Shown here one piece after another: positions 28,935-37,160 of a DNA stretch of 37,160 nucleotides. Each line of letters begins with the position of its first letter. Position 1 is the first letter of the stretch. The DNA is taken from positions 1 through 37,160 of the forward strand of contig JBFMGU010000094.1 of assembly GCA_040752415.1 (NCBI GenBank). Direction: 5' to 3'. The DNA is from Myxococcota bacterium. GTDB taxonomy: Bacteria; Myxococcota; JACRCW01. The notes beneath the pieces were generated by a model. The model was not told the DNA's origin. It saw only the letters and a list, made by a program, of their open reading frames with translations, and searched no databases. The translations under genes and the position numbers were made by a program.

Positions 28935-31505
28935 ATGCGGAAACCGACACCAACCTCACGCAGTCTGTTCTTTCTCCTGGCATTCGCCTCGACGGGCTCG
29001 GCCTCGGCCTTCGGGCTGAACACTCCGCTGGTCATCAGTGAGGTGCGAACGCGCGGCTCGTCCGGAACGGGGGATGAGTTCGTGGAGATCTACAACAACA
29101 CCGGTAGCGACATCGATATCAGCGGCTACCAGCTGCAGCTCTCGGACAACGCCGGGATGGTCATCACCACCGCGGTTGTTACCGGCGGCACCATCCTTCC
29201 AGCGCGGAGGCACTTCCTCTTCGGCGGAACGGGATACGACGACGCCGTCACCGCGGATCAGTCGTTCATCGACAATCTCGTCGACGACGGAGGCGTGGCC
29301 CTGGTGATGGCGGACGGCATCACCATTGCGGACCAGGTTGGCTTTAGCGCGGATTCGGCTTTCCAGGAGGGCGCCATCCTCACGCCGCTGGTTGGTGATG
29401 TTGACCAGAGCTACGAGCGCCTACCGGGAGGGTGGCAGGGGGGCACGCTGGACACCGACGACAATGCGTCCGATTTCCAGTTCATTGCGAGCAGTGACCC
29501 GCAGAACCTGGCGTCACCGTCAACCCCCGGCCCCGGGGACTTGCAGTTCAGCTCGGCAACCTACTCCGTGAGCGAGGATGGCGGCAGCGCGACCATCACC
29601 GTGACGCGGGTGAACGGCACCGCGGGAATGGCCACCGTCGACTACGCGACGTCCGATGGCACGGCGACCGCGGGCTCCGATTACACCGCGAGCTCCGGCA
29701 CGTTGGCCTTCGCCGACGGTGAGACCTCCAAGACCTTCTCCGTTCCCATCTGGATGGACTCCAATTCGGAGGGCGACGAGACCATCTTCCTCACGTTGTC
29801 CAACCCCAGCGGCGGCGCCGCACTGGGAACGCCGGACACGGCGGTGCTGACCGTGGTGGACGTGGCCACCGCCGGCTCCCTGCAGCTCTCCGCGGCGACC
29901 TACAGCATCGGCGAAAACGGCGGCTCGGCCACCATCACCGTGACCCGCACCAACGGCAGTGGAGGCACCGTCACCGTCGACTACGCAACCTCCGATGGCA
30001 CCGCGACGGCCGGCGCGGACTACACCGCGTCTTCCGGCACGTTGAGCTTCGCGGACGGCGAGACCACCAGGACCTTCACGGTTCCCGTTCGCGACGATTT
30101 CCTGGCGGAGCCCAACGAGACGATCAACCTGGCGCTGTCCACTCCCACCGGCGGAGCCACGCTGGGAGCACCAAGCTCGGCGGTGCTGACCGTGGTCAAC
30201 GTGGCCAGGCCCGTCATCACCCAGGGGCCGTCCGAGTGGGTGCTGGTGGGCGACAACGTTGTGCTCAGCGCCAGCATCCAGCCCGCACCGGTGGGCGACA
30301 CGGTGGAGTTTGTGTCTGACGCCGTGGTCCTGTGCAGCGCCAGCGTGGACAGCGTGACCGGCGTCGCCACGTGCACCTGGAACGTGGATGCCACCGGCAA
30401 CTACGTGGTGTTGGCACGCAACCAGGAAGGCCAGACCAGCGAGACCATGTCCACCATCGCGTACAACCTTGGGACGCGAACGTCGTTCTCCATCGGGATC
30501 TACGCGCGGCCGGGTGTGCCCGTCGACATCGCCGTCCAGGTGGCGGAAGCAACCCCGGAGGGCGCTCCCATTGCCGACGAGCAGACCATGGGAGGCGGCG
30601 ACGAGGCGCAGTTCCTGGTTGAATCCCAGCCGCGGGCCACGGTGACCAACTCGCAGGGTGGGGCGTTTGTGGCGGAAGACCTGGTCTTTGACAGTGTTGG
30701 CACCTACGAGCTGGAAGTCCGCTATTCCGGCCGCGCGCACGGCTACGCACCCAGCGGTGCCGGGACCACGGTGACGGTGGAGGATACGCCGCCCACGCTC
30801 ATTGTCCCGTCGGACGTGACGCTGGAAGCAAACCAGCTTGGCGGACGGACTGTGACGTGGGCCTTCTCCGCCTCGGACAGCAGCGGGATTGCGGCCAGCG
30901 CGTGCTCACCGGCGTCAGGGAGCTTCTTCGCCGTGTCGACAACGCCGGTGACGGTGACTTGCGGGGCCACGGACAACGCGGGCAACCCTGCCAGCGCGAC
31001 CTTCACGGTCTGGGTCCGGGACACCACCGCACCGACGATGACCGTCCCCGCGAACCCGAGGGTGGAAGGCACCAGTCCGTCGGGCGCCACGGTGGCGTTT
31101 GCCGTGACCGCGTGGGACGTGGTGGACGGCAACATCACGCCAAGCTGCACCCACAGCTCCAATGCCCTGTTTGGCCTTGGCACCACGACGGTGTCCTGCA
31201 GCGCCACGGACGGCCACGGCAACACCGTCTCGCGCAGCTTCACGGTGACGGTCCGGGACACGCGGGCGCCCATCATCCGCATCAACCTGACCACCAAGAC
31301 CCTCAGGGCCACCAGTCCCGCTGGCAAGGTGGTGACCTATACGGTGACGGTCTCCGACGCAGTGACCCCGTCGCCCACGGTCTCCTGCTCGCCGCTGACC
31401 GGGGCAACCTTCCCGGTGGGGCGCACCTCCATCACCTGCCGCGCCACCGACGCCGCGGGCAACGTGGGCAGCATCACCTCCGCCGTGGTGGTCTCGCCCC
31501 CCTGA
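28935..31505 (+). CDS. Secreted protein: lamin-tail domain, two Calx-beta domains, Ig-like domains, three HYR domains
   Basis: Signal peptide MRKPT..SASA; LVISEV..DEFVEIYN..DISGYQL (LTD); two LQFS.ATYSV.E..VDYATSDGTATAG.DY..SGTL.FADGET Calx-beta repeats; three DT.P..F..G.T.V.C.ATD..GN HYR repeats; 856 aa. Confidence 0.9.
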   Translation: MRKPTPTSRSLFFLLAFASTGSASAFGLNTPLVISEVRTRGSSGTGDEFVEIYNNTGSDIDISGYQLQLSDNAGMVITTAVVTGGTILPARRHFLFGGTGYDDAVTADQSFIDNLVDDGGVALVMADGITIADQVGFSADSAFQEGAILTPLVGDVDQSYERLPGGWQGGTLDTDDNASDFQFIASSDPQNLASPSTPGPGDLQFSSATYSVSEDGGSATITVTRVNGTAGMATVDYATSDGTATAGSDYTASSGTLAFADGETSKTFSVPIWMDSNSEGDETIFLTLSNPSGGAALGTPDTAVLTVVDVATAGSLQLSAATYSIGENGGSATITVTRTNGSGGTVTVDYATSDGTATAGADYTASSGTLSFADGETTRTFTVPVRDDFLAEPNETINLALSTPTGGATLGAPSSAVLTVVNVARPVITQGPSEWVLVGDNVVLSASIQPAPVGDTVEFVSDAVVLCSASVDSVTGVATCTWNVDATGNYVVLARNQEGQTSETMSTIAYNLGTRTSFSIGIYARPGVPVDIAVQVAEATPEGAPIADEQTMGGGDEAQFLVESQPRATVTNSQGGAFVAEDLVFDSVGTYELEVRYSGRAHGYAPSGAGTTVTVEDTPPTLIVPSDVTLEANQLGGRTVTWAFSASDSSGIAASACSPASGSFFAVSTTPVTVTCGATDNAGNPASATFTVWVRDTTAPTMTVPANPRVEGTSPSGATVAFAVTAWDVVDGNITPSCTHSSNALFGLGTTTVSCSATDGHGNTVSRSFTVTVRDTRAPIIRINLTTKTLRATSPAGKVVTYTVTVSDAVTPSPTVSCSPLTGATFPVGRTSITCRATDAAGNVGSITSAVVVSPP

Positions 31506-31508
31506 GGT

Positions 31509-31537
31509 CAGCTGGGAAATCAGGCCAACCCCAGCTG
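31509..31537 (+). terminator. Hairpin directly after the stop codon, possible terminator
   Basis: CAGCTGGG (31509-31516) pairs with CCCAGCTG (31530-31537); no clear U tract. Confidence 0.3.
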
Positions 31538-31606
31538 CTTCACATGGTTGATCAGCGTGGCGCGGTGGATGCCCAGGCGCCGCGTGTGTGCGGAGTGCGT
31601 CTTGCC
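31520..31606 (-). pseudogene. Remnant of a Fis-type HTH (C-terminus of an NtrC-like activator)
   Basis: Translates GKTHSAHTRRLGIHRATLINHVKQLGLA-stop, matching the pattern (A)R.LGI.R.TL...K.LGL; no AAA+ domain upstream. Confidence 0.5.
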
Positions 31607-31726
31607 CAGCCGTCCGGCATGTCGCACCTCCTGCGTGGCTGAGGGCGGACCTTGCGAGGGCTGGCGGCGCGGGGCGGGATGACGCAATCTCCGGGGGTCT
31701 TCTGCTCGCACGACGGGGGCATCCTC

Positions 31727-34700
31727 ATGCGTGGTCCTGTTTCCTGGCGGTTGGGCGCCGTGCTGTTGGGCGGTCTGTGGCTTGGCGCGTGTGGTCCCAC
31801 CGGCACCTCCACCAGCACCTCTTCATCGACCGGCGGCACGGGCAGCACCAGCTCGTCCTCGTCGTCGTCCAGCAGCGCCTCGTCCTCCGCCAGCTCGTCC
31901 TCCTCGGGCAGCGCCAGCGGGACCAGCACTTCGACCTCGTCGTCGTCATCCTCGACGTCGGCGTCGTCCAGCAGCTCCGGCAGCAGCTCCGGTGCCAGCA
32001 CCACCTCGAGCACCAGCAGCAGCTCCGGCAGCGCAACCGGGAGCAGCACGTCGACGTCCTCCAGCGCCTCCTCCTCCGGCGCCGCCACCTCCGGCACCTC
32101 CTCCTCGGGCGGCGCCGACGCGGGATCCGGCTGCGAGGTGGGCGGCGCCACGGTGACGGAGCTGCACGCGTGTTTTGTCACCGCGGGAGCGTGCGTGGAT
32201 GACGGGCGCGCGCAGGACGGCACCGCGCGGGAGCTGCGCTACGACAACGGAGCCCGCGTGGTGGTGACCGGCAGCGGCTACCTGCGCCGCGCGGTGTACT
32301 GGCCCGCGGACTCCGCCACGGAACCGTGCTTCACCGAGCTGTACCGCGGCACCACGCTGGAGGTGGTGGACGCGCGCGGCTGCCCGGCCCTGCGGGACCC
32401 GGATGCCGGCGTGGTGGCGCCGCTGGTGGACGGGCTGACCTGCGCGGAGCGCATCCCGCCGCCGCAGCGCTGTCGTGACAACGTGCCCGCGGACTGCAGC
32501 GCGTCCCTGCCGTACTGCTGTCGCACCAGCGAGCTCACCGAGTTTGCGGAGTGCCTCCCCGCCGGGCTGTGCGACGCGCTGGGCGGGACGGTGGTGGGCG
32601 TGGCGGGCGGGGGCGACGGGGGCGTGTCGTCGTCGGGCGGCGTGGATGAGTCGTACCGGGGCGGGACGGCGGAGGTGTGCGCGGCGGCGCCCCGTCTCAC
32701 GCTGGGCCAGACCGCCACGTTCGACACGCGCGTGGGCGTGGGCGACGCCGGTCCGGGCAACCACTTCAACCTGACGGGGATGCCGTCGTGTGCGGGCTCC
32801 CCGGCGCCGGACGTGCTCGTGGCGGTGGCGGTGGATCCTGGTGTGCCGCTGGCCGTGACGGTGACGCCGCTGGAGCCGGGCTATGACCTGGGCGTGACGG
32901 CGGTGGCGGAGTGCCCGGTGCCCGCGGTGGGCGGTGGCCAGACGAGCTGCCTGTCCGGCGCGGACCAGTACGGTGGCGGGGGCGCGGAGACGCTGGTGCT
33001 GCTGCGCGAGACCGCCGGCGACGTGTACGTGCTGGTGGACGGTTTCTCGACGGGGAACGCCGGTCCGTTCACGGTGGAGGTCAGCGAGGCGCCCACCTGT
33101 GGCGACGGGACCATCCTGGGCCTGACCTGCACGCTGACCGAGGGACCCACGCCCGAGCGCGAGCCCAACGGCGGCGCCGCCTCGGCCACCCCGTACGCCG
33201 GTGGCAGCAACGCCTTCACCGGGCAGATCATCTCCGCCGACGGCGACGTGGACTGGTTCTCCTTCAAGCTGGCGCGCACTGCCACGCTGGCGCTCGACAT
33301 CACGGGGCTGGACGCGGCCGACTGCCCCGGCACCCTGAACCTCACGCTCTACGACCAGACCCGCAGCGAGCTCGCGGTGGGCTACGGGAGCGTCTCCTCC
33401 TGCCCGCGGCTCAACGGTTTTGACGACGAGCCCGCGCTCTCCGCCCTCCCTGCCGGCGACTACTTCCTCTCGGTGGACCCCAGCTACTCCAACACGGCGA
33501 CGCCCAAGGACTACGCGGTGCGGATCATCCACTTCGAGGGGGAGGACCCGGTCTGCACCGAGGCGCCCCAGCTGGTGGCGGGGGTGGGCGGGCAGTCGGC
33601 CAATCTGACCCTGGACCGCGGCTCCCTCACCCGCGACGTGGGGCTGGACCTGGTGCCGGGCTGCGTGGGCTCGGCGGCGCCGGACGCCGTGGTGCAGGTG
33701 CCGGTGCACGCCGGCAAGGCGCTGGAGCTGGCGGTGGTGCCGGCGGACGTGAGCGCGACGGGGCCGGACGTCACCCTCAACGTGCTGGCGGCCTGTCCCT
33801 TCGGCGCCGCGCCCTCCTGCCAGTCCGCCAACGAGGCAGGCCCCGGCGCCACGGAGGTGCTGCGCTTCCCCACCAACGTGGACGGCGTGGTCTACGTGGT
33901 GGTGGACGCGCTGCCGGGGCCGCAGACCGGCAACCTGGTCTTGTCCGCGCGGGAGCTGGAGCCGGACTGCGGCGACGGGCTCTTGACGCTGGACGAGCAG
34001 TGCGACGACAGCAACGAGATCAGCGGCGACGGTTGCAGCGACACCTGCCAGGAGGAGACGGCGGTGTGCGGCGACGGCGTGCGCTTCCCCGGCGAGCAAT
34101 GCGACGACAACAATCTTGACGACGGGGACGGGTGCAGCAGCGAGTGCCTGTGCGACGGCGGCCAGGCCGCGGAGTTGGAGCCCAACAACACCGTGGCGGA
34201 GGCCAACTGTGGTGGCGGGCCGTTCGTGGCGGGGAGCGTCCCGGTGGATGACGTGGACTACTACCTGTTCACGCTGGACACGCTCTCGGAGGTGGTGCTG
34301 GAGACCGGCGCGCCCGCGCTCAACAACTGCTCCGCCAACGAGGACTCCGACACGCAGTTCGAGCTCTACGACGCCAACGGGGTCCTCGTGGCGCAGAGCC
34401 AGGACGTCAGCGGCGCCAACTACTGCGACCGCATGACGGTGATCCTGGACCCGGGCACCTACTACGTGGCGGTGCACTACTGGGACTTCAGCAGCCTCCC
34501 CGTGCCCGCCTACCGGCTGTACTTCACCGCCTCTCCGTTCCAGGAGGAGGTGGAGCCCAATGGCAGCGTGGCCACCGCCACCCTGGTGACCAACGACGTC
34601 ATCGTGGCCAGCATTGACCCGGCGGGGGACCACGACTTCTTCCGCGTGGATGTGGCCACGAACGGGACGCTCACCGTGGACTACGGCGTGCCGCTGGTCA

Positions 34701-34933
34701 CCAACTGCAACACCGGCTTTGCTTCCGACGGCGAGTTCGAGCTGTACGACGGTGCCGGCGTGCCACTGAACATCAACAACATCAACCCCTCGGCCCAGTA
34801 CGACGGCGACTACTACGGCTACTGCCCGCGGCTGAACTACCCGGTGACGACGGGGACCTACTACCTGGAGGTCCGCCTCTACGCCCCCAGCCAGACCAGC
34901 CCGTACTACAAGCTGTACTTCACCGTGCCCTGA
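31727..34933 (+). CDS. Large surface lipoprotein, paralog of 17985-21653 (Ser-rich stalk, Cys-rich domain, beta modules, CGDG repeats, PPC-like modules)
   Basis: Lipobox LGAC after ATG 31727; shared motifs R[YF]DNGAR, PYCC, GLC..LGGTVVG, CAGS.APD, VP.D.SA.GPD; three E.EPN PPC-like modules; 1068 aa. Confidence 0.88.
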   Translation: MRGPVSWRLGAVLLGGLWLGACGPTGTSTSTSSSTGGTGSTSSSSSSSSSASSSASSSSSGSASGTSTSTSSSSSSTSASSSSSGSSSGASTTSSTSSSSGSATGSSTSTSSSASSSGAATSGTSSSGGADAGSGCEVGGATVTELHACFVTAGACVDDGRAQDGTARELRYDNGARVVVTGSGYLRRAVYWPADSATEPCFTELYRGTTLEVVDARGCPALRDPDAGVVAPLVDGLTCAERIPPPQRCRDNVPADCSASLPYCCRTSELTEFAECLPAGLCDALGGTVVGVAGGGDGGVSSSGGVDESYRGGTAEVCAAAPRLTLGQTATFDTRVGVGDAGPGNHFNLTGMPSCAGSPAPDVLVAVAVDPGVPLAVTVTPLEPGYDLGVTAVAECPVPAVGGGQTSCLSGADQYGGGGAETLVLLRETAGDVYVLVDGFSTGNAGPFTVEVSEAPTCGDGTILGLTCTLTEGPTPEREPNGGAASATPYAGGSNAFTGQIISADGDVDWFSFKLARTATLALDITGLDAADCPGTLNLTLYDQTRSELAVGYGSVSSCPRLNGFDDEPALSALPAGDYFLSVDPSYSNTATPKDYAVRIIHFEGEDPVCTEAPQLVAGVGGQSANLTLDRGSLTRDVGLDLVPGCVGSAAPDAVVQVPVHAGKALELAVVPADVSATGPDVTLNVLAACPFGAAPSCQSANEAGPGATEVLRFPTNVDGVVYVVVDALPGPQTGNLVLSARELEPDCGDGLLTLDEQCDDSNEISGDGCSDTCQEETAVCGDGVRFPGEQCDDNNLDDGDGCSSECLCDGGQAAELEPNNTVAEANCGGGPFVAGSVPVDDVDYYLFTLDTLSEVVLETGAPALNNCSANEDSDTQFELYDANGVLVAQSQDVSGANYCDRMTVILDPGTYYVAVHYWDFSSLPVPAYRLYFTASPFQEEVEPNGSVATATLVTNDVIVASIDPAGDHDFFRVDVATNGTLTVDYGVPLVTNCNTGFASDGEFELYDGAGVPLNINNINPSAQYDGDYYGYCPRLNYPVTTGTYYLEVRLYAPSQTSPYYKLYFTVP

Positions 34934-35037
34934 CCCCTCCGTGCGACGGGCGCGCAGCCCCTGGAATCCCCCAGCACGCCAGCTCCCCTTCGGGGATTTC
35001 CCTAATCATCCACGAAGCCAACCATAACAACCGATCG

Positions 35038-35065
35038 TTGACTTTGGCGGTCAGACGGCGATAAC
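35038..35065 (+). promoter_or_regulatory. Possible sigma-70-type promoter
   Basis: TTGACT-16 nt-GATAAC in an AT-richer intergenic patch about 35 nt upstream of the start; weak -10. Confidence 0.25.
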
Positions 35066-35099
35066 CCGCTGCGGCTCGTGATGAGCGCAGAGGGGTCGC

Positions 35100-36863
35100 A
35101 TGGTGCTGCACAATCTTCTTCCGCTGAGTCTTGTCTTGGTGTCGTTGGTCGACGGGGTTCCCCCGGTGGTGACCACCCCCGCCAGTGTCACCGTGGAGGC
35201 CACCAGCGCGTCGGGGGCCGCGGTGGCATTCACGGTGAGCGCGGTGGACGACGTCGACGGGGTGCGCCCGGTGACATGCACCCGCGGCGGCCAGGTGGTC
35301 ACGTCGGGATCGGTGTTCCCGCTGGGGAGTCACACGGTGACCTGCACCGCCACCGACCTGGCCAGCAACGTGGGAACGGCGTCCTTCCCGGTCACGGTGC
35401 GGGACACGCGGCCTCCGCTGGTCAGCATCCGGCTGGGCAGCAAGGTCCATTACGCCAACGGCGGCCCGGGCGCGGTGGTCTACTGGACCGCCAAGGCCAA
35501 CGACGTCGTGAGCGGCACGCGTCCCACCACGTGTGCGCCGGCTTCGGGCAGCTTGTTCCCGGTGGGTCGTAGCACCCTCCGCTGTACGGCGTCGGATGCC
35601 GCGGGCAATCTCGGGTTCGCCATCGCCACGGTGACGGTCTACGCCGGTAACGGCACCTCCTGCGGCGACGGCGTGATCAACGGGACGGAGCGCTGCGACA
35701 CGATCAGCCTCGGTGGCGCGGCGTGCACCACCCTCGGATTCCCGGGCGGAACGCTGGCCTGCGCCTCGGACTGCAGGGGGTATGACACCACCGGCTGCGT
35801 CGTGCCGGTCTGCGGCGACAACACCCGCAACGGCGTCGAGATCTGCGACGGCACCGACGTGGGCACCGCGCGCTGCGCCGACTTTGGCTTTGACGGCGGG
35901 AACCTGGCCTGTGCGCCGGACTGCGCCCGCTACGACACCTCCGCGTGCACCGGCTACTGCGGCGACAACACCGCGGACCTCGACGAGGAGTGCGACGGCG
36001 CCGACCTCCGGTCGCAAACCTGCCAGGACCAGGGCTACGAGCACGGCACATTGAGTTGCACCGGCGCCTGCACGCTGGACCTCACCGCTTGCACCAACGA
36101 CGCCTGCAGCCCGGATCCCTGCCAGAACGGCGGCACGTGCGTGGATGGCGTCGGGACCTACTCGTGCAGCTGCCCGGAGGGCTACTCGGGCACCAACTGC
36201 GAGAACCAGGACCTGATGTGCGTGGCTCCGACGCCGATCGCGTGTCCTGTGAGCGGTGAGGACACGTGTGTGGAGGTTGGTGTGACGTGTGACTGCGCCG
36301 AGGATTTCACCAAGTGCGCGGACGGCAAGTGCGTTCCGTCCGAGATGGTGAATGCCTTGTGCCCGTACCTGACGTTGAATCCGGGCTCCAACACCTGCCC
36401 GGAACAGTTCGGCACCATCTGCACCAACACCGGCGGTTGCCGCGCCGACGTCATCAACTGTCCGTCGCAGGTCATCTGCCCGTACGGGTACGAGCTGTGC
36501 CCCGACAGTTCGTGCGCCTCCACCGCGGCTGGCGGTTGCGACTACGACAGCTACCAGGCCTGCGCCGAAGGGCTGTTCAAGTGCCCGGATGGCAGTTGCG
36601 CCACGCGGCCGACCCGCTGCAAGACGATGCGGACCTGTCCTGCCGGTCAATACCGCTGCGCGACCACGGACACTTGCGTCGCTGATCCCGCGTCTTGCGC
36701 GGAGTGCCCGGAGGGCCAGGTGAGTTGCCCCGGAGGTAGAGGGTGCGCAGCCGACCTGGCCAGTTGCTCAACGGGGGTCACCTGCTCCACGGGCTACGCG
36801 CTGTGCAACGACAACACGTGTAAGACGACGTGCCAGGAGCTCGAGGGTGGTGGCGGGGAGTGA
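35100..36863 (+). CDS. Secreted Cys-rich protein: two HYR domains, three CGD repeats, EGF-like domain, C-terminal Cys-rich repeats
   Basis: GAGGGG before ATG; hydrophobic N-terminus; HYR FP.G...CTA.D.A.N; CGD...E.CDG.DL...C...G...G.L.C..DC repeats; CSPDPCQNGGTCVDGVGTYSCSCPEGYSGTNCE. Confidence 0.88.
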   Translation: MVLHNLLPLSLVLVSLVDGVPPVVTTPASVTVEATSASGAAVAFTVSAVDDVDGVRPVTCTRGGQVVTSGSVFPLGSHTVTCTATDLASNVGTASFPVTVRDTRPPLVSIRLGSKVHYANGGPGAVVYWTAKANDVVSGTRPTTCAPASGSLFPVGRSTLRCTASDAAGNLGFAIATVTVYAGNGTSCGDGVINGTERCDTISLGGAACTTLGFPGGTLACASDCRGYDTTGCVVPVCGDNTRNGVEICDGTDVGTARCADFGFDGGNLACAPDCARYDTSACTGYCGDNTADLDEECDGADLRSQTCQDQGYEHGTLSCTGACTLDLTACTNDACSPDPCQNGGTCVDGVGTYSCSCPEGYSGTNCENQDLMCVAPTPIACPVSGEDTCVEVGVTCDCAEDFTKCADGKCVPSEMVNALCPYLTLNPGSNTCPEQFGTICTNTGGCRADVINCPSQVICPYGYELCPDSSCASTAAGGCDYDSYQACAEGLFKCPDGSCATRPTRCKTMRTCPAGQYRCATTDTCVADPASCAECPEGQVSCPGGRGCAADLASCSTGVTCSTGYALCNDNTCKTTCQELEGGGGE

Positions 36864-37160
36864 AGTGGCATCCCGCCCGGCGATCCGCGGGCAGGATTCT
36901 CGGGGATTCCGTCCGGCAGCGTCGCAGGCTCCGTGGAGCGTGGCGCGGACATCCCGGACTGCCACCCACGACGGACGCGCCCCCTCCGGCGGCGTCTGGG
37001 CGCTTTGACGGGGCGGCGCAGAACAAAGTCGCCTAGTACTACCTGGTCACCTGACGTCGTCACGGTAGTGTCCCCGGAGCAGTCACGCCGGTGGTATCCA
37101 GCTGGTATCCAGGGCGTGAGCCGACGCCGCAGCCGTAGGGGCTAGGCATTTCCACGTCGT

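Noticed and set aside
17985..34933. Diversity-generating retroelement acting on the paralogous lipoproteins
   Set aside because: No reverse transcriptase and no template/variable repeat pair with adenine-specific differences was seen.
34988..36912. Recurring TCGGGGATT-like word after several genes (about 34990, 36900, weaker at 31690)
   Set aside because: Too short and degenerate to separate from chance in GC-rich DNA.

Overview
High-GC bacterial DNA whose gene content (AgmX/PglI-type TonB C-terminal lipoprotein, PilZ, FHA-membrane protein, CGDG cysteine-rich repeats, PPC-module lipoproteins) suggests Myxococcota or a relative; this placement is inference. The left part (1-13 kb) holds an FHA-membrane protein (partial, absent from the ORF track), aspA, a polyprenol/diacylglycerol kinase-type gene, a four-gene minus-strand unit (hotdog thioesterase, lethal-factor-like HExxH metallopeptidase with three EF-hand-like repeats, a translationally coupled 66-aa protein, a small membrane protein), TonB-C/PilZ/DUF3806 genes and a two-domain class III cyclase-STAND-TPR protein. 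Divergent from the cyclase, an ECF sigma / zinc-finger-FecR-TPR anti-sigma / PEGA-like gene set opens a 24-kb block of six large secreted or lipoprotein genes with no recognisable catalytic domains (Ser-rich stalks, PPC, CGDG, Calx-beta, lamin-tail, HYR, EGF modules). Three intergenic elements are built from inverted arrays of short tandem repeats (6-, 7- and 21-nt periods). No rRNA, tRNA, CRISPR array or transposase was seen. All domain calls are by-eye motif recognition, not database results.
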